From Zootoca vivipara (Eukaryota), in NCBI RefSeq assembly GCF_963506605.1, contig NC_083289.1, positions 10,168,001-10,232,000 on the forward strand: a DNA stretch of 64,000 bases, given 5' to 3'. Below, piece by piece: positions 36,601 to 51,119 of this stretch; position 1 is the stretch's first letter, and each line of letters begins with the position of its first letter. Below the pieces are notes generated by a model. That model made no database searches. It had not been told where the DNA came from and saw nothing but the letters and a program-made list of their open reading frames with translations. Position numbers and translations under genes: made by a program.

Positions 36601-39600
36601 TTTTAAGTTGCATTACTGAAATAAATGCAGTTTTCGACAATATTCTAATTTCCCGAGTTTCACCTGTATTCTTTGGGCAGGGAATATGCTTTGAATGTCC
36701 TTTAAATGTCTGGTGTGTTCACAGCCAAAACAAAATTCCAAAAGAATCTACCAAGATTGACAATGGCAGTGGTGTGTCTCTTCTACAGTGTGGGATTTCT
36801 TTTGGCTGTCTAAGGGCTTGCTTCCTGCATTGTAGTTGATTCGCTGTGGCAGGTAAAATGTTGCTGCCCTCTTCCTAAGATCCCTCCTTCTGCTGCTGAT
36901 CTGTTCCCCTCACTTCTAAAGCTTACCTGGAGCAGACTGGAGGGAAAGTTCTGAAGATAGATGCAGAGCCTGTGGGTGGATTTGAGGAGGTGATGGTGAC
37001 TGTTGGGGAAGAGAAATGTGAAGCTCCTGAGGCAGAACCCATGCTAGAAGATGCGGCAGAGAATGAAAGCCCTCCCACCGAGCCACAACATACTTATGAT
37101 GATGATGCTGAAGAAGAGGAGGAAGAGGAGGAGGAAGTGGCAATGGCTGACCAAGATGAGGAGTCTGCATGGGAGGAGGATCATAAAAGCAAGGAAGCTG
37201 GAGAGCCAAACAACCTGGGAGACCCAGCAGTTATGAGAGCTGTGCGTGGCCAACGTACATTGGAGGTAAGGTAGACTTAAGGTGTGAAACACAAGACTTC
37301 TCTTACAGTCTTGCCAGTCTCTTCTGTTCATTTGGTTTTTGCAACCAAGTGGGCAGTAGGTTTGGTAAAAGAGTTGGATCGTATGACTTGGGGCCCCTAG
37401 TATGGATAGGGAGAGCCTGTGACGTCTGTTTGAGGCAGTGATGGGCAACCTTTTGAGCTTGGTGTGTCAAAATTCGCCAAAAAACAGAGCATAACTCGGG
37501 TGGTGTGTCACTTCGAGAGAAAAAACCATAATTTCGTGATATTTATAGTTTAAATAACAAAAATGTATAATTGTAATATATAACTGTATTTAATAAACAA
37601 AAAACTAATTATTTAACCTAACCTAACCAAAAACCCCTTATTTATCACAAAGTGCCCAGAGTTGTTGAGCTTTTTTGGGGGGAGCTGCTGACCAAAGTTT
37701 TGGAGGGGTTTTTTGGGGGGTGCAAAAGTTGCTTTGCTTTTCTGGGGGGGATGCCCCAAAGCTGCTGCGCTTTTGGGGGGGGGGGAGAGAACAGAAATAA
37801 ATGACGAATAATACCTTCGCTGGAACTAACACACAGCACCGACATAGTCTGCCAAAGCGCCAAAAAAACCAGCACAGAACAGATTAAAAAATGAACTCTG
37901 TTACACCCAATCATCACCTGCCAAAGCGCCAGAAAACAGCACAGAAAGGGTTAAAAAACCAATCTCTGGCTACCAGCAACAACAACAAAAAAGGATTCGG
38001 GTTTAACAGTGGAGACAAGCTATAGCGTGAGGAGGAACGGGAGAACAAATGGGAGGGGACAGCAAAAACAGTGTGAATGGGCCACTGGGGCGCGTGCCAG
38101 CAGTGAGGGGCTCTGCGTGTCACATCTGACACGCATGTCATAGCTTCACCATCACTGGTTTAAGGTGTTTTGAGAGTAGGTGTCAGCTGGGACTGCTGAT
38201 TAATGATCTGTGTAAAATATAAAATGCCCTTTGGGTGTCTTGTACTTTGAGAAAGCTGGATAACTCGAGGCCAGCAATATGGAGCCGATTCTATCATTGT
38301 GACTTTTGTTATCCAGGAATTTACTTGGTAACCCAGCCCAGCAGCTATAGAGGGCACCATTTTGAAAATGGCTGGTGTGTTGTTTTCACTGCCGCATAGA
38401 ATGAGCTTGCATCCCAGGTGCATAAATCTGTGTTACAAAGAAGTAGTACAGTGGTACCTCGGGTTATGAACTTAATTCGTTCTGGAGGTGTGTTCTTAAC
38501 CCGAAACCATTCTTAACCTGAGGTGTGCTTTCGCTAATGGGGCCTCCCGCTGCCACTGCACCGCCAGCGCATGATTTCCGTTCTCATCCTGGGGCAAAGT
38601 TCGCAACCCGAGGTACTACTTCCGGGTTAGCGGAGTTTGTAACCCAAAGCGTTTGTAACCCGAGGTACCATTGTAGAATTGCTATTAATTTATATACCAC
38701 TTTCATGGTAGTGTGGGTAGCATGCAGTTAATCATAAAATCCATACATAATTTAAAAACACCATAAAACACGTCCATTAAAGCATTAAACATCCATATTT
38801 AAAGTAAACAAAAAACAAGCCCATTATAAAATATGCATGTAAAAACAGCTGGATAAAAAAGTTCAAGTTCAGGGCACGGTTTACCTGCCTGAATAGGTGT
38901 GTCTTCAAGAGCCAGCAGAATGGCGGTACAAATCAAACACATCATATTTCTTCTCTAGCTTGATGTGTTCTTGTTTCATTGGACTGAAGAGATAGCAGTG
39001 GGGAAACGAGCTTTCTTGCCTGGCTCACAGCCAGATAACCCTCCCCATACTGAGAAACTAGAATTCTGTCTTTTTGAAAGTCCAACCTCCTGTGACTAGT
39101 ATACATTGTAGGTAAAAGTCAGATCTGTGTATGTGCTCCTGATATGGCATGCTTTGACTGCAAAGGGGAATAAGAACTCCAAAGGCCTCCAAAACCTTTG
39201 CATTTTTTAAAGAAGTGCTCATATTTAAAGACTAGTCACTTTCTAGTTAAAAATGAGCTGAGATGAGGATTTTCAGGCCTCACCAAGTCCCACCTTGCTT
39301 CAGTGGCACTTCTGCCTCTATGCAGTATTTTAGATATTCTTTTAGGCTCATTTTTTGTTTGTTTTGCTTTGCTTTGCAGGGAGAAGATTCTGCTGTCCTA
39401 GACAGCAGAGTTGCCAACGACCTCTCGGATTATCCTACTGATTTCTTGGTAAGACTGCTTTCTCTCCCCACCCACCCCTTAAGATACAGCCTCTTGTACA
39501 TTCATTTTATCAGTGTTTTCTGATAAACTCCCAGGTAAACTCCCAGGAATTTAAAGGAAGAGACTGTCTCCTTTAAATGGAGTGTGCTCTCTTGTGGGCC

Positions 39601-41049
39601 TGATCTAGAAACTCCAGGCAATGCAAAATGCAGCAGCTAGACTGCTGGTGGGTGCAGACAAGTGACAGCACATGGCACTTCTGCTAAAACATCTGTATTT
39701 TATTGGGTTGGGTTCAAGGTTCTCATATTAATATACAAATCCCTGAGCATCCTGGGTCCAGGATACCTTAAAGACTGCCTGAGCCCTTAGATCCAAGATT
39801 GGTCACTGGGATAATCTGATAGAACACAGTTGGTTGTCCTTCTAGTTTTAACAGCCCAGCTGGCTTCAACTGCAACGTGCTTAACAGCCTATTGCAGTCC
39901 TTTCAACGTGCTGAAATTGGGTTTGAATTGCTCAATTGTTATGATTAATTGTAATTGCTTGCTTGCTTTTTTCCTTTCTTGTTTTGCTTAATTTCATTGA
40001 ACCGAGTCTCTCTGATGCGGCCCAATCGCCTTCTGAATCCGGCCCGCGGATAGTCTGGGAGTCAGCGTGTTTTTACGTGATTAGAATGTGTACTTTTATT
40101 TAAAATGGATCTCTGGGTTATTTGTGGGGCATAGGAATTCATTCAGTTCCCCCCCCCCAAAAAAAATAATAATAATCTGGCCCACGGCTGAAAAAGGTTG
40201 CTGACCCCTGCTCTGATCCCTTTCAGACAGCTTCAAAATCTTCCATGTGGAATTCTACCCGGAGAAGAGTTCAGTCACTGTCTATGATGGAGGTAAGGCT
40301 CAGTCTACACCACTTTTCTGCCCAGCAAAGGAAATGATAACAGCCCTTTCCCCGTCTTTACCACAGAAGCAGCCTAGGGTCAAATCTGTTGTATCCAATG
40401 GCATCTTGCCTCTACTCATATTTGATCCTTTGGTGCACTCAACACTAACGTCTCACAACAGATGCCAGAGATATGTAAGAAAGATTGTACAACCTGAAAA
40501 AGAGACAAGGCATGTACTTCTGTAAACCAATAAAATATTTAATAAAAAATAAATTTTAAAAAGAAAAACTAAAGAGCAGCCTTTCTAATGCTACAGGTTC
40601 TTGAAACCAATAAACTCCTGATCCGTATCTCACACCTGTGTAAGCAATTAGGCTTCTCTGGTAGGTTTCTGGAACATTCTTCACTTCGAGTTAACAGAAG
40701 CATACTCACTCAAACAGTTTTCTGCAAAACAAATGATCAGTCCCCCAACACTTTAGGCTACTTTCTGCTTCCATGTACCGTGCCACTTAAAATCTGAGTT
40801 GGGAGTCACTTCAGAGCATGAACTGAGAGCAAGCCAGAAATTCATCAAAAATAGAAATTTATCTGGCTACCGAGATGGTGCAATGCGCTTCACCACAATA
40901 TCCATGGGGGATTAATTTTGGATTTAAAGGGGAACCTATCAAATACGTTTCTTCTGTAACAATACATGAGCAAAGCACAATCATCCATGGGAATTTAATT
41001 CTCTAACCAGGTAATGTGTACAAAACTCTATTTGCTAGAGTAATAATAG

Positions 41050-41091
<42 letters not shown>

Positions 41092-44000
41092 TAATTTATA
41101 CCCCACCCATCTGGCTGGGTTTCCCCTGCCACTCTGGGTGGCTCCCAACAGAATGTTTAAAATGTGGCAAAACATCAGAAACTAGTGTGCATAAAAATGC
41201 ATACATGAGTGAAACTAACATGCGAAATTCATTTATAATTAGGAAAGTTGCTTTGTAGAAATGTGTATTGGCATAAGGGCATGAAAATGTAAATTAGAAA
41301 TTTGCATGAAAGCGCTGGTGAATTTTCATGAAGACTTTCTAACAAGCAAATCATGAACTGCTGCAGGAAGTGGAGAACTTAAGACAGGAAAAAATGAGAA
41401 ACCAAAATTGACAGATATATCCCATCCCTATCCCATCCCTAACCTATTAAATATTACTGTTGCCTCTTATGCCTCAGGCGCTGGACAGGGCTTCAATGTC
41501 CCGGGTCAACCTAGATCTTTTGGGCTCACCAGCACAGAGAAGCTATCTAGACACATCTGGCCTGGAGCGTTCAGGCTTCCGTGGGAGAACCTTCAAGTCC
41601 TCTTCTCAGCGCTTCATGCGGCAGGTAAACTGGCTTCATCGCCTGGCCCTGTCTCACTTCCGTCCCCCCAATCCTCAAACCCTCAATCTTGCTACTTTCA
41701 TTCTGTGCTACGCAGAACTAATTTTCAAATTGCTTATGTTAGAACGACAAAGCAGTTGTCTGGGTTTACTAGTCTGGAGTCACAGTTTTATACAGTATGC
41801 AGAACATGCACCTAATGCCTGAGGATACCTGAGCTGCTGTGGATATGCCTGCCCTGTGGAACAGCCTCCCGTCAGATGCCAAGGAAAGAAACAGCTATCA
41901 GACATTTAGAAGAAGTTTTAATGTTTGATGGTTTACTGTGTTTGAGGTTATAATTTGTTGGAAGCTGCCCAGAGTGGCTGGGGCAACCCAGTCAGATGAT
42001 GATGATGATGATGATGATCATTATCATTATCATTATTATTTTAAATTGTCTTTGCTACTGTCCTGTCTCACAGCAATCTCCCACGATGTCTGGCTCTATG
42101 AGATCACCTTACCTGTTCACTCCACCCCGCAGAACACGGCGTGTACTTGGCCTTAATCAGGTAATGTCACGTGTCATGTCGCCTGTGCTGGTTGCCAATA
42201 TGTTACCAGGTCAATTTCAAGGTATTACTATTGATAAAGAAAGCTTTGACTGGCTTGGGATCAATTTACTTGTGGGGTTACCTTAGACAGTATGTACTCA
42301 CCTCTTCACTTTGATCTAAAGAACTTTCACTGTTATAGGTGACATATATTAATTGTTCCACAATTGTAAAAAAAGAAAAATGATATTTCAGTGTGGCAGC
42401 ACCTAGGCTTTGGAACTCTTGGCTTATTGGCACCTGTTTAAAACTCTGTTTAGGCAAACCTCTCCAGATGCATAGATGTTGATGTGTTTTAATCTATTTT
42501 ACTATTTTAATCATGTGTTTAACTGCTCTTTATTTTTTTATTTTTTTAAAAAAAATCCTTGTAAATGGCTTTAGAGTTCTACAACAGTCCAGTGGCATGT
42601 GAATTTTGTGAAACAGATAAAAAATAAATGTGTAGCTTAGCTCCGTTCTCACAGGAAACTGTTCCACCTGCACTTCCTCTTTTAAGTTTAGATGTGCTCT
42701 AACTTTTGATTTCCTTTTACACAACCCAGCGCACAAGATTGCAGTTAGTATATAATACTAATAGAGACATCTCACTTCTGAGTGCTGGCCCAGATGTAAA
42801 CGAAACATCACTATTCACGCATAAGAAGGGCAGTGTTGGTGGACTTTGCAGGGGATCCCAAGGTTTGCAGAAAGAAATATTTAGAAAAGCCCCTGGGGTT
42901 GGGGAAAACTCAAAATGTGCCAGTGAAGACTGAGCATGCCCAGTGACAGTGGAATGTTGGCCAGGGGGAGGATGGAATGGAGTATCCTGGAGCTGGCCAG
43001 TGTGGTGTAGTGGTTAAGAGCAGTAGACTCGTAATCTGGTGAACCAGGACATAGCTGTCAACCCCGGATTTGAAGATAAGGAATCCTATGGGGCTGTCAA
43101 CTCCCAGATATGAAAGCAAGGGCCCTGAATAAGGGAATTGCCCGCCAAAAAAAGGGAAAGTTTGTGTCCCCACTCCTCCACATGCAGCTGCTGGGTGACC
43201 TAGGGCTAGTTACACTTCTCTGAAGTCTCTCAGCCTCACTCACCTCAGACTGTTTGTTGTGGGGGAGGAAGGGAAAGGAGAATGTTAGCCGCTTTGAGAC
43301 TCCTTAGGGTAGTGATAAAGCGGGATATTAAATCCAAACTCTTCTTTTCTTCTTCTTCTGCTCTACCATCAGCAGGCGTATCCCACAGGGCAAACATTTT
43401 GTTGCAGGTCCCACTTGTTTTCACCTGAGAGAGCGGAGTACAGTGGTACCTCGACTTACGAATTTAATGCGTTCTGAACGCACATTTGTAAGTCGTAAAA
43501 ATGTGTAAGTTGAATCCCATAGGAATGCATTTTGAGAAAAAATTCGTAAGTTGAAGCAACCCTATCTAAAAATTCGTAAGTAGAAAAAATCCTATCTAAA
43601 CCGCATCCAAGATGGCAGACGGAGCTCCATTCCTAAGTAGAAACATTCGTAAGTAGAGTTATTCGTTAGTAGAGGTACCACTGTACAGGTTTCTTTGACC
43701 GAATGCTGCCTGGCTCCAAACGTTAGTCTCAAACCATATCAAGAGGTTTCAAAGTAATTGGCAAAGAATTACTGGCATTCGGAGCAGCCCTGTGCTATCT
43801 CTCGCCAACAGGGAGACACTTTGCATTCACTGGGAGATGGGAGTCCCCACTTAATAATAATAAATAATTACTACTACTACTGAGAATGGTTTACTGATGG
43901 CAGAGGGCATGACAAGTCCACAAGGGTTGTAAAAGAAAGGGTATAGGAGGGAATTTCTCCTGAACAGGATTTAACAGTTCAAGCGTAGGTTTTGAAAAGT

Positions 44001-47000
44001 CAGAATTCACAACTTGTTTCCTGTGTGTCCTGATCACAGGAAACTGAACATATACAAAGCAGCAGCCAAGTTGTTAAGAACTGTGCTTTTTTTCCTGGGG
44101 GCACACCGGGGTACGCATACCCCTAAACATTTTGTGCATCTTTGTACTTTTGTCCATTTACTGTATTTATTTTTCCTGATCTGAACTATAAAATGGTGAT
44201 TTTCTTGAGTCAAAACATTATTTTTTTCAGAAAAAAGCACTTGTTAAGAATGTATAGATATTTAACTGTAAAGTATCAAGCTAAACCTTAGATATCCAGG
44301 CAACGTATGCCTTTTTTGGTCTCCAAGTAAGAGCAAGTTATTTGCTTGCAGGACTCCCTCTTTCACTAGCTATTATTAGGATGCAAAGTAGAGAGAATTG
44401 TCAACTAGAGGATTGAATGCCCCCAAGTGGTTAGATGTGGTTGGGCACCTGCATTTTCTTAATCACCAGTTATAGTTGCCTATCTGAAACGACCAGAAGT
44501 TACTTCATGAGCACGGTTAACAGGTGCCACATAATATTTGTTCTGCATCTGTAAGAGAAAGATCTTTAAGTGTGACAACATCCAAACTTTGGAACTCCCT
44601 GCCTATTGACATCAGGTTGGCACCTTCACTGTACTTTTTTCCAGCTCCTGCTAAAAACACTTTTGTTTAGGCAAGCCTACCCTGCCAACCAAGGGACCCA
44701 GGTGGCACTGTGGGTTAAACCACAGAGTCTAGGGCTTGCTGATCAGAAGATCAGTGGTTCAAATCCCTGCAACGGGGTGAGCTCCCGTTGCTCGGTCCCT
44801 GCTCCTGCCAACCTAGCAGTTCAAAAGCACATCAAAGTGGAAGTAGATAAATAGATACCGCTCCGGCGGGAAGGTAAACTGTGTTTCCGTGCGCTGCTCT
44901 GGTTCGCCAGAAGCGGCTTCATCATGCTGGCCACATGATCCGGAAGCTGTACACCGGCTCCCTTGGCCAATTAGCAAAGATGAGCGCCACAACCCCAGAG
45001 TCGTCCGCAACTGGACCTAAAGGTCTGGGTCCCTTTACCTTTACCCTGATATGTAGAATATTGACACATTTGTTTTTAGTTTGTCGCTGGTCTTATATTT
45101 TAAAATGTTTTAAATATTTGTGTTTTTTTACCAATAGTTTTATTTTGTTTTGTTTTTGTTCAACTGCTTTGACATTTTTTACAATCAAGGGGAATATCAA
45201 ACTTAATAATAAAAATGAAATCTCCTTTCTTCCCTTTTCTCTCCAGACATCTGCCTATGCGTCTCCACCTCCATATACGCCCTTTTTTCCAAATGTTAAT
45301 AGCCCAAGCTGGGCTATGGCCCATAATCTTGACCCTCCACTCTTCAGTCCAACATCTGGCAGCCAGCAGAAGTTCAGGTATAGAAAGCATGGGTGAGATC
45401 ACCTTGGGTTTGAGAGGATGCAGCCCCTTCAGGAGTCCATCTCTATCTGCGGTTTAGTACGTGGGATTAGAGTTGTGGTGGGGTTATTTTGACTAGCTTG
45501 GAGAACTATAATCACAAGATCTTATTGCATGCTCATGGATCCCTGCTATGACACCTAGTTGGTTGGTTGGTTGGTTGGTTGATGGCATCCATGTGTCTCA
45601 AGAGACGATGGAGTGCACCTCCAGATGTGAAGTCAAACCATTGCGTTTGCAGCCCCAAAGTGACCTCTCTGGGACGCAAGCCTGGACAAGTGGGTATGGG
45701 GGTCCTGGGCCACCTAGATGGCAAGACGCCCCTCTTGGGCTTGCTGATGGGGTCCAAAGGAAAGAGCAATACATTTGGCACCAGCTTGGCTGCAGGAGTT
45801 GCCGGAAGGAGGCGTACAAGGCGCCATCCAACCGTCTTAGGGACTCCACTCTGAATTTGTGTAGGGTTTTTTTCCTTAGCCTTTTCTTCTCCTGAAGATA
45901 CCCTGCAAGGCAGCGGAGGTTTAGGATCAGAGTTTTTGGGACCCAGGTGGCGCTGTGGTTAAACCACTGAGCCTGGGGCTTGCTGATCAGAAGGTCGGCG
46001 GTTCGAATCCCTGTGACGGGGTGAGCTCCCGTTGCTTGGTCCCAGCTCCTGCCAACCTAGCAGTTCGAAAGCACGTCAAAATGCAAGTAGATAAATAGGG
46101 ACCGCTACAGCGGGAAGGTAAACGGCGTTTCCATGTGCTGCTCTGGTTTGCCAGAAGCGGCTTTGTCATGCTGGCCACATGACCTGGAAGCTATACGCCG
46201 GCTCCCTCGGCCAATAATGCGAGATGAGCGTGCAACCCCAGATTCGGTCACGACTGGACCTAATAGTCAGGGGTCCCTTTACCTTTTCCTTTCCTTCTTA
46301 GTGGACTACCATCCCAGGTGATTGAGCCCCACCTGCCCCCTCACTTCCCTCCAGGGCACAGGCAGAAACCTCCTCCTTGACTACTGCATGCCACTTGCTA
46401 GTGCCAGGCATATAGCACTCCCAAGTGCTCAGAAGGCTTTCTAGAATCCCTGGTTCAGCACAGACTACGGATCTGGAGTGTTGATCGTGATCTGCAGCCT
46501 CTGTTTGTCGTCTGTTAATTCAAATAGTATTTTGGGGGAAAGAGGACAGCCAGCAAATAGTTTGATCAGGGTTGCTGCCTGCAATTGAGTCTTAACGTTG
46601 GAGTAGGGAACTTGGCATGCAGACTAACCTGTTGCATATTTGAGAACTGGGGGCAAGATAAGTTGCTGACAAAAGATTTATTCTCTACTTGCAATTAAGT
46701 CACACTTTCTGCCACAATACGAAAACCAAATACAGCCCATCTTCAAAATAGCAGTTCTAAGTTTTTCAAACTAGTTCTGCAGCCAAGTAATGTGCACAGA
46801 CGAATGTATACGGGGATAAAGTATGCCTAAAAAATAGTACATTCGTAGTAACAAACACACTATATTAGTGGAAGTTAAATACAAAAATGTATTTAAAAGG
46901 TCCTAAAGGCATGGGAGACGAATCCTGGTACCCCTCTTTGTCCTGCTTCATTACAGTGTTCCCAGTGCCATGACACAACTTCACCCCCTGCATCAACGGA

Positions 47001-50000
47001 TCCTGACCCAAAGACAGCGAGGGCAAGAAAGGAGGTAAGTGAGGGCAAATGAAGACAACTTAATATGAACATTGCCACAATCTTTATGTATGTATGTATT
47101 TATTTATTACATTTATATACCACCTTTTTTCTCCAAGGAGCTCAAAGTGGCATGTACACTTCTTCCCCCTCTCGCATTTTATCCTCACAACTACCCTGTG
47201 AGGTAGGTTACACGAAGAGGCAATGGCTGGCCCAAGGTCACCCAGTGAGCTTCACGGCTGATTTGAACCCTGCTCTCCCAGGTCCTAGTCTATCACTCTT
47301 AACCACTCCACCCAGCTGGCCCTCATGGGATTGTTTGGTGACTCAGCACCCATTATAATGGCAGAATTAACTTACTATATGCAGTTGAAGGAACATAATG
47401 CACATCATATTTTTGTGTTAAAATGGATTAAGCTTGTGGATTACCGTAGATAATGTTGGCTATTTTCCGAGGGCTAGTTATAGATTTTCAATGTTTTGAC
47501 ACAGATGCTCATTGGAGATCATTTAGTGTTTTTCTTTTCTCCCCTCCTCCCCCCCCCCCACTTTTTGGTACAGTATGGAATATTGAATGAAATAACTAAA
47601 ACTGGAAAAATACAATGAAAGCACCAACTTCATTCAGATTTCTAAAACTTAGACAAGCTGCTATTCTGAATTATTGAAGGTATTCAAGTTCGGTGCTGTT
47701 CCCCTAGATGAGCCTGCTAGTTTTCATTTCTTAGTGCAGAAAGTATTGATCTGATGTGTAGAGATTTTTCCTATTCTGATTAGTTCAGGAGGATTCTATA
47801 AGGTTTATTTCTACATGAGAGAAAGAAGGTTTCTGATGTTTTGTCTATTTCTCTGGGAAGCTGAGTATAGCTGGTTTAAACTGGTTCTGTTATGTTTTTG
47901 TCAAGGTCGTGCTGAGTATAATAATAAGGCCAGGAGGAGCCTGGCTCTCACTTTCTCTTTCTCTTTGTTCTGGTGTTCCGTTCTGTATGCTGTTAAGGTT
48001 TAAGTCTTATTATAAAGTTTGTAAGTTTTATTTTAAGTGCTGCAACTGGATTTTTATGAACTGTGCCAATCCTGATTGTATTGGATTTGCAACCATTATG
48101 CTCATTTGCCTTCAGCAGCAGTAAAGCTCTGCTGGATGAAGTACAATTGCCTTTGGTCTATTTTTTGGAAACTCTGCTACGTGTTTAGGTTTTCTTACTC
48201 CTCCGGCCCTGGCACGACAGAGCCGTATTTAAAAGCAGTTCAGAAGAAAGAATACAGTCGTACCTTGGTTTTTAAACAGCTTAGTTCTCAAACATTTTGG
48301 CTTCCAAACCCCGCAAACCCGGGAGTGAGTGTTCTGGTTTGCAAACTATTTTTGGTAGCCGAACGTCCAATGGGGCTTCCGATTGGTTGCAGGAGCTTCC
48401 TGCAGCCAACCGGAAGCCGTGCTTTGGATTTGGAAGTTGAACGGACTTCTGGAACGGATTCTGTTTGACTTCCAAGGTACAACTGTATGTGACCGCAGCA
48501 AGGGGTTGGTGGTATTTTGGACCAGTGCAGAAGCCTTTTCATAAGCGTATTTCTTCTTCTCTAAAAGAATTCCCCGTATGAAGCGCCAGCCGCCGAAGGT
48601 GGATCCCTATGCTGTGCTCATGACTCCGGTAGAAAAAGACTGGGTGATAAAGGTGCAAATGTTGCAGCTTCAGAGTGACAACCTTCACAGGGATGACTAT
48701 TATTACCAGGTGAGTGTTGTTGTTGTTGTTTAGTCATTTAGTCATGTCTGACTCTTCGTGACCCCATGGACCATAGCACGCCAGGCACTCCTGTCTTGCA
48801 CTGCTTCCTGCAGTTTGGTCAGACTCATGTTCGTAGCTTCAAAAACACTGTCCAACCATTTTGTCCTCTGTCGTCCCTTCTCCTTGTGCCCTCAATCTTT
48901 CCCAACATCAGGGTCTTTTCCAAGGAGTCTTCTCTTCTCATGAGGTGGCCAAAGTATTGGAGCCTCAGCTTCACGATCTGTCCTTCCAGTGAGCACTCAG
49001 GGCTGATTTCCTTCAGAATGGATAGGTTTGATCTTCTTGCAGTCCATGGGACTCTCGAGTCTCCTCCAGCATCATAATTCAAAAGCATAAATTCTATATT
49101 TGAACTATAGTTCAAAGGTCACAGACGACTCTGGGGTTGCGGCGCTTATCTCGCTCTATATGCTGAGGGAGCCGGTGTTTGTCCCAGCATGACTAAGCTG
49201 CTTCTGGCGAACCAGCTCAGCTCAGTGGTTTAGACCACAGCACCATCCGCGTCCCCAAAAGTTCAAAAGGTGTACGTTAATCACTGTCTGGCGAGAATGG
49301 CTCGGCGAGAATTGCCATCTTGACAGATTTGGATGCTGGAGTTGGGATGAGTGGGGAGCAACAGAAGTGCTTTTTGCTTCCACTGCCTTTGGTACTGAGC
49401 TGTCCTGTCCTCCCCACCCCCCCCAGGAATATTATCGCAAGCTGGAACACAAACAGGCAGAAAAGGGGCTTCTCGGAGGATGCAAGACTGAAGTCCCCAA
49501 GCTAGTGACACCCTATATCCAGAAAGTGGAGGCATACGAATCTGGTAAGCACTCTGCAGAAAGAAGGCTCCTCCCTAGATGTTAGGGATGCCAGGCACCT
49601 CCTGACCATGGTTTCCTCCTTCTAGTGGTGCGGATACCAGGCTCCCTGGGCCAAGTGGCAGTGTCTACGTGCTACAGTCCCCGCAGGGCTATTGATGCCG
49701 TGCACAACATCCCACTGGAACAGGTAATGCACCCATCCTGTTGCCTCTGGCTTTTCCAGAAGCTAGGACTCGACTCCACATATTTGCTGCGTGTGAACAT
49801 GAAGTCTCTTGCGTATATATCGTTGGTGGGAACTTCCGACACATGAGCCTTGGAAGCTGTCTCGCCAGGCCATTTGGGCTAACCATGCCTGCTTTTCCTG
49901 GGCCTCGGGGTCCCATGAATGTTGGGCATGGGAAAGTTCGAGGAAGGTTCTTTGCAGTTGTCACTAGAATTCCAGTTGGGGGTGCAAAGGAAGGATCTTC

Positions 50001-51079
50001 TCTGTAGCTGCTGCTGCTTGAACCGCCTGACACGTGACACAAGATGATTTATGGTTGGGTGGCCCTGCCCACCTGTCAGTGGTCCACAGCGGATGGTTGT
50101 TCCCCACCCCCTAATAAATAGGGCACGTTGTTAACTGACAGGTGGACGGTATATTCTATGGGCTTTATCCTCCTGTTTTTCATGCCACCTCTAATTGACC
50201 AGTGGAATTCTGGCCACTTTGTTGTATTCTGTAAAGTACTGGAAACGGCCCCACTGGAAACTGTATTACAAACTGGTGCTGGTTGCTCTGCTGTTGAAAA
50301 CTAACACCTATTTCCCCCCTCCCCCCCCCCATCTTTTGAAGGCTGTGGGTAATCAACGATTGCAAGTGCTCTATGAAATTGAGAAGGTGAGTCGCTGAGA
50401 TAGCTTGGGAACGCAGTTCCGTGTTTATATTTAAGCCAGTGTCCTTGGAGCGTGGCAAGGCCAGTACAAGAAGCATTATTGTTGGTTAACTCTTGTTTGG
50501 CTTTGTATTTATGTACTTAAACATTGTTTGGTAATACAGTGGTACCTTGGTTCCCGAATGCCGCAAACCCGGAAGTAAGTGTTCCAGTTTGCGAACGTTT
50601 TTTGGAAGCCGAACATCCAACATGGCTTCTGCAGCTTCCAATTGAGTGCAGGTGGCTCCTGCAGCCAATCAGAAGCCGTGCCTTGGCTTTCGAATGGTTT
50701 CGGGAGTTGAATGGACTCCCGGAACGCATTAGGTTCGAGAATTGTATTGATGTATTCTGCATTTGTTGAAATGTTTATTTTTGTCGTTTGAATTTACTAA
50801 CATGTTCTGTATTTTGTATGTTTGTATTTTCAATGTTTTGATGCTTTTGAATGTTTGCTGCAAGCTGCTTTGGGTGCAGCTCATTGTGGAAAAGCAGCCT
50901 ATAAGTAAACTCCATCAATCTCTATTCAGCAAGGCAGTGTGTGCTCTTCTTCCTCCCCCCCCACGCCCCCTTTGTCCCCCACAACAAAGAGCTTGACAAT
51001 ATGAAACTCATGATGATGACATTCTAGTGGAGCAGATTCCTAGTGTGTAGTATCCAGCACAGGCAGTGTCATGACTACA

Positions 51080-51119
<40 letters not shown>

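Noticed and set aside
45938-46015. tRNA-like A and B boxes
   Set aside because: Head of a tRNA-derived SINE that continues into the SINE body, not a tRNA gene. The same applies to the other SINE heads.
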